This document shows positions 36,006 through 46,369 of a DNA stretch of 64,000 nt, piece by piece. The DNA comes from a virus (lineage: Duplodnaviria > Caudoviricetes), in the IMG/VR virus record IMGVR_UViG_3300031857_000007; one strand, given 5' to 3'. A program made the translations under genes and the position numbers. Below the pieces are notes generated by a model. The model made no database searches. It worked only from the letters and a program-made list of their open reading frames with translations, and had not been told where the DNA came from. Position 1 is the stretch's first letter; every line of letters starts with the position of its first letter.

Positions 36006-38021
36006 TTATGGAATTGTAGCGATACCACACCAACCAATTCCATTATAAACTTCTAATCTCTTGTTAGTTGTATTATAAATCAAACCACCTTCTACAATTG
36101 ATAATGAATTTCTCTGCGTTGTTGTGACTTTAGGTGGAATCATAAATTGGAATATACTTCCAAGAGTTGGAACATTATACCCAGCAGCACTAAAATCAGC
36201 AAAAGAACTTGGAGTCGTTGTTCCAACTCCAACACCCTGAAAATAACCAACACCACGAGCAGCATCAACACTTACATCGTATGCAAGACTTGGTGCATAA
36301 GTGAATACATTTGTTCCAACTCCAATGCCACCAAGTGAATTGACTATGAATGCAGTAGTGCCGGCATTAACTATAAGAGGATAAGTTGAAGATGCAGATG
36401 TTTGAATGCCAATGTTTCCAGTAGTAGTAATCGTTGTAAATCCTACTGAAGAATTTACTTGAATACGATTAAATGTTGAAATGCCTGTTGTTGCATTTAC
36501 GTTGTTATTTAAAGATCCCGTAAGAGACAGTGTAGTTGTAATAAGATTATTTGCTGTTAAAACTCCACCAACAGTTAAGTTTCCGGAAACTCCAAGATTT
36601 CCACCAACAAAAGAATTTCCAGTTACTGTTGACGTTCCAACTACGTGTAGAGTGTTAGATGGAATGGTAATTCCAATTCCAAGAGAACCTCCATAAGTCA
36701 AAGTCATTAATGGAGTATTAGCATTTTGCCCATAAATCCAATTAAATGCACCAGTTCCGACACCAGAAGAACCTAGATTCAAGTAATTATTTACATTTCC
36801 AAGAGCATAATTGATAATATCTAAAGAAGACTGTGTGCTATATCCTTGACTTACGTTAGTATTTCCAAATCTTAATACCCCATTGGAAGTTTGTAGTGAA
36901 TTGCTTCTTCCAATAGAAATAAGTGCGGATTGAGTATCACTTGTAACTAGAATTGATGCAGCAGTTGCATTTCTAATTTGCAAATCACCAATTGGATTAG
37001 TTGTTCCAATTCCAATACTTGTTTGGGCAACTAGATTTGTGGTTGTTGTAAGTCCTGATACACCAAGAGTAGTGGCAGTTATGATTCCACTTGCATTTAA
37101 ATTGGCAGCCGTTATATTTCCAACAGTAATACTTGGGGTCCCTGTTAGTGATTGTGCCGTGCTTGCAGTTCCAGTTACATTCCCAACAAATCCGCCAGCG
37201 GCAGTTACGATCCCAGAAACGCTGATGCTTTGAGGTAATCTAGGATTGGATAAAGTGCCCGAAGAAATATTTGAAGCATTGATTCCAGAAATATCTGTTC
37301 CAAATCCGGCAAAACTGTACGCTGTTACGATTCCAGAAACACTAATGCTTTGAGGTAATCTAGGGTTGGATAAAGTGCCTGAAGAAATATTTGAAGCATT
37401 AATTTGAGTGATGTTTGACCCAATTCCATCAAAACTTGCAGCAGTTACAACTCCAGAAACATTGATGTTTTGGGGTAATCTAGGATTGGATAAAGTTCCT
37501 GAAGAAATGTTAGAGGCATTAATCTGAGTAATATCTGACCCAATTCCAGCAAAACTTGCAGCAGTTATGATTCCTGTATATGTTGCATTTCCATTATTAT
37601 TGATCGTGACTGCAACACCAACCTGTAAAGTTCCTGTTGGATTGGTTGTCGCCACACCAACACTTGATGTTGTAGAAATAGTGCCTGCAGAAACATACCA
37701 ACCATCAACAGCAATTGCATAAATGTTTGTTAGTCCCGCAGCATCTCCATAAAAAGTTGTTGCAGTTACGACTCCAGAAGCATTTATATTTGACGCAGTT
37801 AAAAATCCAACGGTGCTAACACCAGTAACATTCAAGTCACCAATTTTTGCACTCGTTGCAGTAACTAGTCCAATAACTCTAGTATCACCATAAACATTTA
37901 AAAGATAAGATTCTGGAATTGTTGTTCCAATTCCAACCAAGCCATTCGCATTTACAACGAAATTATCTTCGTCAACTTGGACTCCATTTCTAAAATTAAA
38001 TGACTTCTTATAATTTGCCAT
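36006..38021 (-). CDS. Tail fibre-like structural protein
   Basis: 671 aa, G/T/S/V-rich; recurring VGIGTTxP motifs and three ~40-aa internal repeats. Confidence 0.75.
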   Translation of the reverse strand: MANYKKSFNFRNGVQVDEDNFVVNANGLVGIGTTIPESYLLNVYGDTRVIGLVTATSAKIGDLNVTGVSTVGFLTASNINASGVVTATTFYGDAAGLTNIYAIAVDGWYVSAGTISTTSSVGVATTNPTGTLQVGVAVTINNNGNATYTGIITAASFAGIGSDITQINASNISSGTLSNPRLPQNINVSGVVTAASFDGIGSNITQINASNISSGTLSNPRLPQSISVSGIVTAYSFAGFGTDISGINASNISSGTLSNPRLPQSISVSGIVTAAGGFVGNVTGTASTAQSLTGTPSITVGNITAANLNASGIITATTLGVSGLTTTTNLVAQTSIGIGTTNPIGDLQIRNATAASILVTSDTQSALISIGRSNSLQTSNGVLRFGNTNVSQGYSTQSSLDIINYALGNVNNYLNLGSSGVGTGAFNWIYGQNANTPLMTLTYGGSLGIGITIPSNTLHVVGTSTVTGNSFVGGNLGVSGNLTVGGVLTANNLITTTLSLTGSLNNNVNATTGISTFNRIQVNSSVGFTTITTTGNIGIQTSASSTYPLIVNAGTTAFIVNSLGGIGVGTNVFTYAPSLAYDVSVDAARGVGYFQGVGVGTTTPSSFADFSAAGYNVPTLGSIFQFMIPPKVTTTQRNSLSIVEGGLIYNTTNKRLEVYNGIGWCGIATIP

Positions 38022-38038
38022 TTTAGATTTTTAACTAT

Positions 38039-38671
38039 TTATGGTTGGCTAGTAATATAATAAAGTTTTGGAATATAAGTATCAATGACAGATTGAATTT
38101 CAAAAACTTCACCTTTTTTAATTCTTAAATACTTACCAAAATTAAGGTTGGTGAAATTTTCTTGAGTAGGACTTTTATAGGTGATTGTGTTTAATTCTGA
38201 TTTATATATTGGATTTGCAAGATAAAGATCTTTGTTTTTATCAACTACTTCTATCGTTTCTCCTGCTGATATTTTTATTTGCTCACCATTTAAAGTTTTT
38301 GCAGAACTTGGACACTCCCACTCCACTCCTTCAGATTCATTTGTGGTAAACAAACTATTAAAATGTAATGAATAGCACCATTTTGAATTATCTTCTAAGG
38401 CAGTTATTAAAACTGCCTTTTGTGGTCTTCTATTAAAAGAGTCTCCAGCATAAACAGTATCGATTACATCCGTTCCTATTTCTTGAAATGTAAAGCTTCC
38501 TTCGGTTGCAAAAGTGCATCCATAATCTTCTATTTGATTATCTTCTCCCAATTCAAGACTAGTTTTTGATAAGTCGCAGGTGATGAATATTTCACCTTTA
38601 TTCATAGTCCAATAACTTAACAGCAGTTTATTTTTACTATCTCTAAAATTTTTAAATTCTACTGGTTGCAT
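38039..38671 (-). CDS. Hypothetical protein in the fibre cluster
   Basis: 210 aa; coupled to the upstream gene. Confidence 0.7.
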   Translation of the reverse strand: MQPVEFKNFRDSKNKLLLSYWTMNKGEIFITCDLSKTSLELGEDNQIEDYGCTFATEGSFTFQEIGTDVIDTVYAGDSFNRRPQKAVLITALEDNSKWCYSLHFNSLFTTNESEGVEWECPSSAKTLNGEQIKISAGETIEVVDKNKDLYLANPIYKSELNTITYKSPTQENFTNLNFGKYLRIKKGEVFEIQSVIDTYIPKLYYITSQP

Positions 38672-39558
38672 TACCCAACACCTCCTAATCTAGATCCAGT
38701 TACCAACCAAGTTGCAAAACCACTATTAACTATATAGTTGCCTGCCGTCCCTCCGCCACCAGAAGAACTTCCACCATTTTGCCCTAGATTTCCTCCACTT
38801 GCACCAGCAGATCCTGAGGCGCTTGCAGCCCCATTTTGAGAATATCCACCGCCGCCGCCGCCACCGCCGGCAGTTAAATTTCCTGCAGTACCACTATTTG
38901 CACCAGATCCACCAGATCCGGCAACAGATCCGGCGCCGCCACCACCTCCACCACCATCGGCGCAGGCAGTATCACACCTTTGCTCACAACAACCAACTTG
39001 CCGACATTGAGTAAAGCAACCACCGCTTCCTGCGCCGCCGCCACCTCCGCCGCCACCGATGGTTCCATTATTTGTAATGAAAGTTGTGAGATTTAAAGTT
39101 AAAGCTGGACCGCCATTGCTGCCCCCTCCACCATTTGCATTTCCACCATTTCCGCCAGCACCCACAATGTAATTATTATTTGTTAGATAGAGTGAAGATC
39201 CTGCAGGAAAACTGCCGGTATTGAAGGCAGTTGTTGAAGTGTTTGATGCACTTATTGTTCCGTTTACAGTTAAGTAATATTTAACTGGCAGATTATTGGT
39301 AATAATCGTTGCAATTGATTTATATCCACCCGTAACAGATGCATTTGAAAGGTCATTATAGGCATTGTAATCTGTAGCCGCACCTATAGTTCTTGTAGCA
39401 TTAATTATTTTACTATAAAAATCTGAAAACTTTATCTGACCGCTGTTTGGAATACCAGCGTCTAAACCATAATATCTTGATATTGACCTTGTACCGGCAA
39501 TACCAAATTCATTTGTTATATCGGTAAAACTAATTGCACCAGATGATGGAGTGGGCAT
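38671..39558 (-). CDS. Glycine-rich tail-fibre tip/adhesin-like protein
   Basis: SGAISFTDITNEFG N-terminus and poly-Gly segments, reminiscent of gp38-type adhesins. Confidence 0.65.
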   Translation of the reverse strand: MPTPSSGAISFTDITNEFGIAGTRSISRYYGLDAGIPNSGQIKFSDFYSKIINATRTIGAATDYNAYNDLSNASVTGGYKSIATIITNNLPVKYYLTVNGTISASNTSTTAFNTGSFPAGSSLYLTNNNYIVGAGGNGGNANGGGGSNGGPALTLNLTTFITNNGTIGGGGGGGGAGSGGCFTQCRQVGCCEQRCDTACADGGGGGGGAGSVAGSGGSGANSGTAGNLTAGGGGGGGGYSQNGAASASGSAGASGGNLGQNGGSSSGGGGTAGNYIVNSGFATWLVTGSRLGGVG

Positions 39559-39559
39559 T

Positions 39560-42500
39560 TTACTTATTGATTGTTTGTTTTAGTTCATCAATTTCAGTTT
39601 TTAAATCTTTAATTGCTTCAATTAAAAGTGGGACAAGTTTTTCATAACGAACGGCGAGGTATCCATTCTCTCTTGTTGTTACTGCCTCCGGTAAAACTTC
39701 AAGAATTTCTTGTGCAACAACACCAACATCATTACCCTCTTTGTTTGATTTTTCATTCCAATCAAATGTATTACCACTGATTGAAATGACCTTATTCAAA
39801 GCATCTGGGATTGGAGTGATATTATCTTTTAACCTTTGGTCCGAAGTATAGAATGCCGTGATATCTTGAGTGACTCTTAATTCACCATTAACAGTTGTAA
39901 TATCGGTGATTGCATCTCCAAGAGTTGTGTTTCCATTAACGTTTAATGTTCCAGCAACTGTTACATTTGCTCCCGAAAGACTGATAGCGGTTGATCCATC
40001 AGATGCTTGAATATCATTACCATTGACTCTAATATCGCCAGCAAATGTGGTCAGGGTATTTGATGTCAGAGTAATATTAGTATTACCATTTGATGCCTGA
40101 ATATCATTACCATTAATACGAATATCGCCAGCAAATGTAGTCAGAGTGTTAGATGTTAATGTAATATTAGTATTTCCATCAGATGCTTGAATATCATTAC
40201 CATTAATTCTCAGGTCATTTGTAACAATTAAATCATTGGCAGTGGTTACATTTGTTCCAGATAGACTGAGTGCAACAGATCCGGTGGAAGATTGAATATC
40301 ATTACCATTAATTCTCAGGTCATTTGTGACAATGAGATTATTGGCAGTTGTTACATCTGTACCTGACAAACTAAGTGCTACAGAACCTGCTGAAGACTGA
40401 ATATCATTACCATTAATACGAATATCGCCAGCAAATGTTGTAAGTGTATTAGATGCTAATGTAATGTTTGTGTTACCATCAGATGCTTGAATATCGTTGC
40501 CATTGACGCGCAAATCGCTGCTTACTATTACAATTCCTGACCCATTTGGAGTAAGTGTAATGTTGCCGTTGGTATTTGTAGAACTTAATACATTTCCGTC
40601 CAGTCTCAAATTATCAACATCAAGAGATGTATTTAAAGTTACGCTACCAGTGAAAACAGAATTTCCACCAACATAAAGATTTTCTCCAATTCCAACTCCA
40701 CCTTTGACAGTCAGAGCACCTTTTCCAACAGAATCGGAAGATGTTGTATTTGTAATTCTGACTTGTCCACTAAATGTAACAGCATCTTTTGCTCTGATTT
40801 GTTTGTTGAATGTTACAGGACCGTCAAATTGAGAAAGAACCGTACCAGAATCACCACCCTCTACAAGAAGTCTTTCTTTAACAGTGACTTCATCATAAAC
40901 AACACTGGATTTGGAAGGATCTTGTCCAGTTACTGTAGGAGTTGGAATATCATATGAAGTAACCTCACCTGAAGTTGAAGATGTTTTGGTGTTTCCACTG
41001 AAGAAATCACCATTGTTATTCATACCAGTATAAACAACAATGCCCCCAGATCTTTCTTGTGATTGAACTAAGAAATCTTCTCTTTCAGTAAGAGACTTGA
41101 TTTGAACTTGAGGAAGACCAGTGGAATAGTTTCCGGGACCGTAACCAAGATATTCAAATGTATGTCCAGAAGCACGAAGAATTGATGGTCTACGGAATTC
41201 AACTGGAATTGGGTCAATCTTACGAATTAGTGATCCTGCATCGTGAGTTTCTTTTCTTGTTCCAAGAGCACCACGAATGACTGTAAATTGAGAATTATTA
41301 CTTGAAGAAGTAATTCTCATTATTTCACTATCAATTTGGATGTAAGATCCCATTGAGAATCTTGCACCAGTTCCAATACCCGAAGTAATAGAAGAAATTT
41401 GAAGAGTTGTTGCAGCAGAATCATCTGTAATTGCTGCAGTGAGTCTTACAATTTCATTTCCATAAAAAGAAGTTTGACGAATACCAAAGTTTTCTTCTCT
41501 AATATCAGAAATCGCATCATTAGCAGACAGACCGTGCTTCAATACATGACCATTTGCAACACTCAATGATTGATTTGTAATCGCAGTAAATGTAGTTACG
41601 CCTACTCTTTCCTTAACTAGATAGTCTCCAGCATTATTATTAGAAGAATCGATGACTCTAAACTTGTTTCCTGCCAACAATCCATGTGGAGTTGCTGTCG
41701 TGAATGTTGCAATTCCAGTTGTTGAACTATAACTTGTAGATGTAATTCTAGCAGATGGTCCTACAATGAAGACATACTCACCAACAACTGGTGTTGGATC
41801 TCCAGCAGTTTTAGCAATAGAGATTTGAGATGCAGAATTAACTGCACTGATACGATGATAAGAATCAGATGTGGTGCCAATACCAGTAATCTGAACTACA
41901 TCACCAATGCTTGTAGAAATACCGGCGGTTGATAATGTATATCTCGCGTTACCATTACCAGCACCAATTCTGGTGTTGTCAAAATAGAGTGCTTCTCCGT
42001 TTGTATATCCAGATCCAGCGGAAATAATATCAACGGAAGTAACAGCACCACCAGTTACAACTACTTTTGCGGTGGCACCTTTCCAAGTTCCAACAGAGGG
42101 ACTTGGGTCTGTGTTTAGGAGTTTTACATCATAATAGGTGCCATTATTGTATGATGCTCCAGCAGTAATCGCACCAATAGCAATACCACCGAGACCATGA
42201 TTTCTTCCAAAGGTAAGAGTAGCACTTGTTGAAGATGAAGTAAGCGAAGTAATTGATTGACCAATTCCTAGAGATGTTGCGAATTTATCAATCGTTTCGC
42301 GGGTAATACTCTTCTTTAAGTCGCTTGTATTTGTGTCGCCAATTGGTGAGCGAAGTGCAAATGTTTTTGCTGCTGGAGGATTGGAATTGACATTATCTCT
42401 ATCCAATTGGGGATAAAGATCCACAGGACTTTGCGAATACTTTAGGTTTATAAACTCTTCAGGAATTCCGTTACTTGCATTTAAAACATACAAGTGGTAG

Positions 42501-45370
42501 ATTCCATCTTGCTGCCCCTCAACATAAGAAGAAATTACTTCATTTCGATAGACATAAAGATTTTGTCGAATATCATTTCTTTCGAAACGAGGAAGATCTC
42601 TAATTTGGTCATCGGTAACTCTTAAATCAATATTATTTGTGCTGGAAGCACCTGGAGTATGAACTCTTCCAGTCAAATCTGTGGTAGAGTATGTAAACGA
42701 CATATCATTTACAACAGAAGCAACACGGAATCTTCCGTTGTATCCACGATTATATGTGCCAGTTAAGTTACTGCTGTCGGTTACATTCTTAACAATGACA
42801 ATATCATCAACATTTAAGTCATGTGGAAGTTCAGATAAGACTGTAACCGTACCAGAACTTACTGTGCAAGTTGTAATGAATCTTTGATTCTTATTGTAAT
42901 TGTAATCGGTGCTTGCAATACTAGTTCTTGTAAAATCATTAGGTCTTGCACCAGTTGTGCTTGAGTCCTGAATAATAAATCCGTTTTCTGGATCCTTAGC
43001 ACCAGAAAGTTCTTTTGGAATAACTGCTCTTATCTTATAAACTTTCTCATCCAAACTTCTTTCATCAATGATTCTCTTCACATAAGTGAGATCGGTGGTC
43101 TCACTTAATCCAGCAACACCAAGCGTATTAATTTGATTGTAAATTTGGTTACCGCTATTTACGGTAATAAACCAGTTACCTGCACTTGAGTCATATTGAA
43201 TTGGCGATCCAATATCACCTGCAATTTTATCAGAAACTCTACTATAAACCTTCAGTTGAGTGCCACCATAAAGAGTCAGAGCTTCATTATTCAGAGCATT
43301 TGTAAATGATGTTGCAAGTTTAATTTGAGTAGAGCTAACTCGAATTGTATAGTAATCGATATGTGGGGTTACATTTTCTGGCAAATCTCCTGTTTCACTA
43401 TTGATGATAATCTTTTCACCCGTTTGAATGGCATGAGTTCCAAGAGTTAGAATTGAAGAAGATACATTTGTTACTGAATATGCGTGGAAGGAACTTGTGA
43501 TTCCATCCTCCATATAAATGTCTGCAGAATATTCTGTAGCCCCAATTGCAAGGTATAATTTATCACGAACTCTTGCACCAATTCGGTATCCTTGAGTAAC
43601 ACTCACAGGAATACTATCTGATGCATTTAATCCATAAAGATAAAGATGAGTTGATACGCCAACAGAAGTTGTAAGACCAACATCAATTGACAACCATTCA
43701 ATATCTTCTTCTACTAAACTAATATCTCTTGGAGTAATGATAGAAGTGATGAAAGCATTATCATCTTTTGAAAATGCCTCTGCTTTGAATCCATCAGAGT
43801 TTAATGAAATTTGACCGAAGTTTGAGTTAGAGTTAGTAATCGATGCATCACCACCGGACTCTAAATCAAAATGCTTATTGAAACCAATTGCAAAAACAGA
43901 AACAACTTGAATAAAAGAATCGTTTGTTACTTTGATATGACTCGTTTCCCACCCATGACGATAGATGGCATTTGGATCTAAGTGGTAGACTTTTGTTGTA
44001 TCTGTTTGAGAAGCGCCAGTAGGTAAGTCTCCACCATAAACGGTGTTATAAATGACACCATTATAAGTTCTAGTTTCCTTATCATACTTTACAAAAGCTC
44101 TATCATCTTTTTGGAGTGACACAGCAGTAAACTGTGCAACAACCATTGAACGGAATCCTGATGCTTTGCTGCCATCAGCGTGCATTCCATTCATACCCCA
44201 AACTGATCTTAATGAGCAGTTAAAGATATATGGCGAAGCACCAGATACTGTATCAGTTTCTACCGTAACTGTAGCACCCGATGCACTTGGACTAGCAGGT
44301 AATGTGATTGGGAATGTTTGAAGTAGATACGTAAATTGTGTATCACTAATGACTGCTTGTACAGTTGAAGCAATGTTATATTCTGGTGCAGAAACTCCTC
44401 TGATTTTAATTGGAGTGCCTATGTTTAAATTGTGCGCTTCTGTTGTAGTTACAGTAACTTGTGTGCTTGCTGTCGTTCCGTTACCAGAAATAATTGTTGC
44501 AATTTCAATAGGATCTGAAGCAAAGGCACCAACAATTTGCCATTCTGGATTTCTCTTTGCAAAATCTTCAGTGCTGGCAGGAAACTTTGCAGTCGTTGGA
44601 ATTGGGCGATATGAATTAAAAGCATTCGATAACTTACTATAATACATATCAAGGTCTGTTAGACCATATGTGCCAACCTCATTGACACCATCAGCATATT
44701 CAAAACAGGTCAGTTTATGGTGAGAGAATCTTGGTGCTGACTGATAGTTACTTGAAAAGAAAGATGGGTGAGTATAAACAAGACTAGAATCATCTGCGTC
44801 AAAAAATGAAAACTGCCAGAAATAACAAGCTCCTGTTACTCTAAAGATTGCAGATTTAGAAACCAAAGGATCCGTTGGGTTTGGAACATACTTTGGTCTA
44901 ACTTTTGTTTTTCTTAAGTCAAGACCTACAATAGAAGTTCCTCTAGGAACTACAACACCGCCAGTAACGCTGTTAAATTTGTAAAGAATATTATCTTCTT
45001 GCGTTAAATCGAAGTTGGAATCTAATTCTAGGGATAAAACTGCTTGTGCAGGAGATCCAATTCCTCCAGTTGGCGGCACAGCATATGCAGTTCCACTATT
45101 ATCATAAATTGCAAAACCTGGTCTGTTATCAATTAAATGCTCACCTGGCCAAACTAAAATTGTTGTTTTTTCTACTAAATCATTATCATTTCCATTCACA
45201 AAAGAAAATCTTGCTGCTTCCAATAACGCTCTTTGAATCGTCTTAAATGGCTGAGCAAGAGAGTTGCCAGTATTTGTAATTGAATCTGTAGCGTCTAAAT
45301 CATTTGGATTTACATATAATGTACGCCCTTCAATGTTTTTGATAAAGTTGTCTAATTTATTTAATCCCAA
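39560..45370 (-). CDS. Long tail fibre with a C-terminal intramolecular chaperone (peptidase S74-like) domain
   Basis: 1936 aa; TLYVNPNDLDATD N-terminus; TSDQRLKDNITPI...GVVAQEILEVLPEAV...VRYEKLVPLLIEAIKDL C-terminus; apparent TTG start. Confidence 0.85.
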   Translation of the reverse strand: MGLNKLDNFIKNIEGRTLYVNPNDLDATDSITNTGNSLAQPFKTIQRALLEAARFSFVNGNDNDLVEKTTILVWPGEHLIDNRPGFAIYDNSGTAYAVPPTGGIGSPAQAVLSLELDSNFDLTQEDNILYKFNSVTGGVVVPRGTSIVGLDLRKTKVRPKYVPNPTDPLVSKSAIFRVTGACYFWQFSFFDADDSSLVYTHPSFFSSNYQSAPRFSHHKLTCFEYADGVNEVGTYGLTDLDMYYSKLSNAFNSYRPIPTTAKFPASTEDFAKRNPEWQIVGAFASDPIEIATIISGNGTTASTQVTVTTTEAHNLNIGTPIKIRGVSAPEYNIASTVQAVISDTQFTYLLQTFPITLPASPSASGATVTVETDTVSGASPYIFNCSLRSVWGMNGMHADGSKASGFRSMVVAQFTAVSLQKDDRAFVKYDKETRTYNGVIYNTVYGGDLPTGASQTDTTKVYHLDPNAIYRHGWETSHIKVTNDSFIQVVSVFAIGFNKHFDLESGGDASITNSNSNFGQISLNSDGFKAEAFSKDDNAFITSIITPRDISLVEEDIEWLSIDVGLTTSVGVSTHLYLYGLNASDSIPVSVTQGYRIGARVRDKLYLAIGATEYSADIYMEDGITSSFHAYSVTNVSSSILTLGTHAIQTGEKIIINSETGDLPENVTPHIDYYTIRVSSTQIKLATSFTNALNNEALTLYGGTQLKVYSRVSDKIAGDIGSPIQYDSSAGNWFITVNSGNQIYNQINTLGVAGLSETTDLTYVKRIIDERSLDEKVYKIRAVIPKELSGAKDPENGFIIQDSSTTGARPNDFTRTSIASTDYNYNKNQRFITTCTVSSGTVTVLSELPHDLNVDDIVIVKNVTDSSNLTGTYNRGYNGRFRVASVVNDMSFTYSTTDLTGRVHTPGASSTNNIDLRVTDDQIRDLPRFERNDIRQNLYVYRNEVISSYVEGQQDGIYHLYVLNASNGIPEEFINLKYSQSPVDLYPQLDRDNVNSNPPAAKTFALRSPIGDTNTSDLKKSITRETIDKFATSLGIGQSITSLTSSSTSATLTFGRNHGLGGIAIGAITAGASYNNGTYYDVKLLNTDPSPSVGTWKGATAKVVVTGGAVTSVDIISAGSGYTNGEALYFDNTRIGAGNGNARYTLSTAGISTSIGDVVQITGIGTTSDSYHRISAVNSASQISIAKTAGDPTPVVGEYVFIVGPSARITSTSYSSTTGIATFTTATPHGLLAGNKFRVIDSSNNNAGDYLVKERVGVTTFTAITNQSLSVANGHVLKHGLSANDAISDIREENFGIRQTSFYGNEIVRLTAAITDDSAATTLQISSITSGIGTGARFSMGSYIQIDSEIMRITSSSNNSQFTVIRGALGTRKETHDAGSLIRKIDPIPVEFRRPSILRASGHTFEYLGYGPGNYSTGLPQVQIKSLTEREDFLVQSQERSGGIVVYTGMNNNGDFFSGNTKTSSTSGEVTSYDIPTPTVTGQDPSKSSVVYDEVTVKERLLVEGGDSGTVLSQFDGPVTFNKQIRAKDAVTFSGQVRITNTTSSDSVGKGALTVKGGVGIGENLYVGGNSVFTGSVTLNTSLDVDNLRLDGNVLSSTNTNGNITLTPNGSGIVIVSSDLRVNGNDIQASDGNTNITLASNTLTTFAGDIRINGNDIQSSAGSVALSLSGTDVTTANNLIVTNDLRINGNDIQSSTGSVALSLSGTNVTTANDLIVTNDLRINGNDIQASDGNTNITLTSNTLTTFAGDIRINGNDIQASNGNTNITLTSNTLTTFAGDIRVNGNDIQASDGSTAISLSGANVTVAGTLNVNGNTTLGDAITDITTVNGELRVTQDITAFYTSDQRLKDNITPIPDALNKVISISGNTFDWNEKSNKEGNDVGVVAQEILEVLPEAVTTRENGYLAVRYEKLVPLLIEAIKDLKTEIDELKQTINK

Positions 45371-45399
45371 GGTTCCACACCATTAAATTCTTCTGTGTT

Positions 45400-45942
45400 T
45401 TATTTATATTTGCTCATCCAATACTTGTGTAGAAATCCCAAAATATAATCATCGCCAGGACGCTCTTTACTTAACTTATTTTCTATACCGTTATTCCACC
45501 ATTTTTTTCCAAAAGATGGATTATTTTCTCCCGATAGTCCTTTACTCATATTGTGTCTGTGTTCTTTCGTAAATATTTTTTTCTTTGCTGCCTCACTTAA
45601 TTTTCGTTTATGTTCATCTGTAAATTTCTTACCTTTATGACTATCACTTAACTTCTTTTTAGTTTCATCACTTAAACGGCGACCAGCACATCCTTCTCCA
45701 CCGTCAGTCATATTTCTCAAAATACCTGTTCCCAAATCTTTTCGACCAAGGACAGCAATCATATAAATCTCGTGCTTTCTTGCTTCTTCATCGGTAAGAT
45801 TTTTCTTTAAATAAATTATTCTTTCTTTTTCTTTAGGAACAGCAATTCTATGTAAATTATTAGTAATTCTTCCTGCCTTACCCTTACCAATATAATAAGG
45901 TGTGCCGTCTTCACGCAAATAAGCGTAAGTGTAGTATTCCAT
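45400..45942 (-). CDS. GIY-YIG-type homing endonuclease with NUMOD3 repeats (probable start MEYYTYAY)
   Basis: YYTYAYLREDGTPYYIGKG; ETKKKLSDSHKGKKFTDEHKRKLSEA repeats; GENNPSFGK. Confidence 0.85.
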   Translation of the reverse strand: MEYYTYAYLREDGTPYYIGKGKAGRITNNLHRIAVPKEKERIIYLKKNLTDEEARKHEIYMIAVLGRKDLGTGILRNMTDGGEGCAGRRLSDETKKKLSDSHKGKKFTDEHKRKLSEAAKKKIFTKEHRHNMSKGLSGENNPSFGKKWWNNGIENKLSKERPGDDYILGFLHKYWMSKYK

Positions 45943-46039
45943 CTGCTTTTTGTTTGTGGTAATAATATTTATACAAGAAAAGGAGCATTTCTGCTCCCAT
46001 TCTTTACTTTTGAATAACCACAAACAAAAGCATTATTAT

Positions 46040-46360
46040 TTATGAAGTCAAATCTTCCCCACCATATTCAAATTCAAGGTCGTCTGGAAGGTCTTCAGGG
46101 TTTTCTAACTCAACTGGAAAGAAGCAAGGATGCACCTCTTCATCGATAAGATAGAAAGAACTTCTATATAAGTCTTCTGGTTCAAATGTACGATTCTTAT
46201 CTGCTGCTCTACAAAGATCTTGATCGTATAAATGTCCGTCTGGGAGTTCGTCAAACGTGAAAGGAATGTGATTAATAAAATACATCTTCACGATCATACT
46301 GCCATCGTTATACCAGCAGTATGCAGTGTCGATACGATAAGACATAGGAAAAATTCCCAT
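46040..46360 (-). CDS. Hypothetical protein
   Basis: 106 aa; probable start MSYRID. Confidence 0.7.
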   Translation of the reverse strand: MGIFPMSYRIDTAYCWYNDGSMIVKMYFINHIPFTFDELPDGHLYDQDLCRAADKNRTFEPEDLYRSSFYLIDEEVHPCFFPVELENPEDLPDDLEFEYGGEDLTS

Positions 46361-46369
46361 ATCTTATAT

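Noticed and set aside
34720-36048. 442-aa plus-strand ORF opposite the helicase
   Set aside because: Shadow ORF antisense to a motif-complete helicase; no recognisable motifs or promoter. Codon bias explains the lack of stops.
45371-46039. Group I intron around the GIY-YIG gene
   Set aside because: Only about 90 nt upstream and 30 nt downstream are non-coding, too little for a catalytic core, and I see no P7 elements. It is better read as a free-standing endonuclease.
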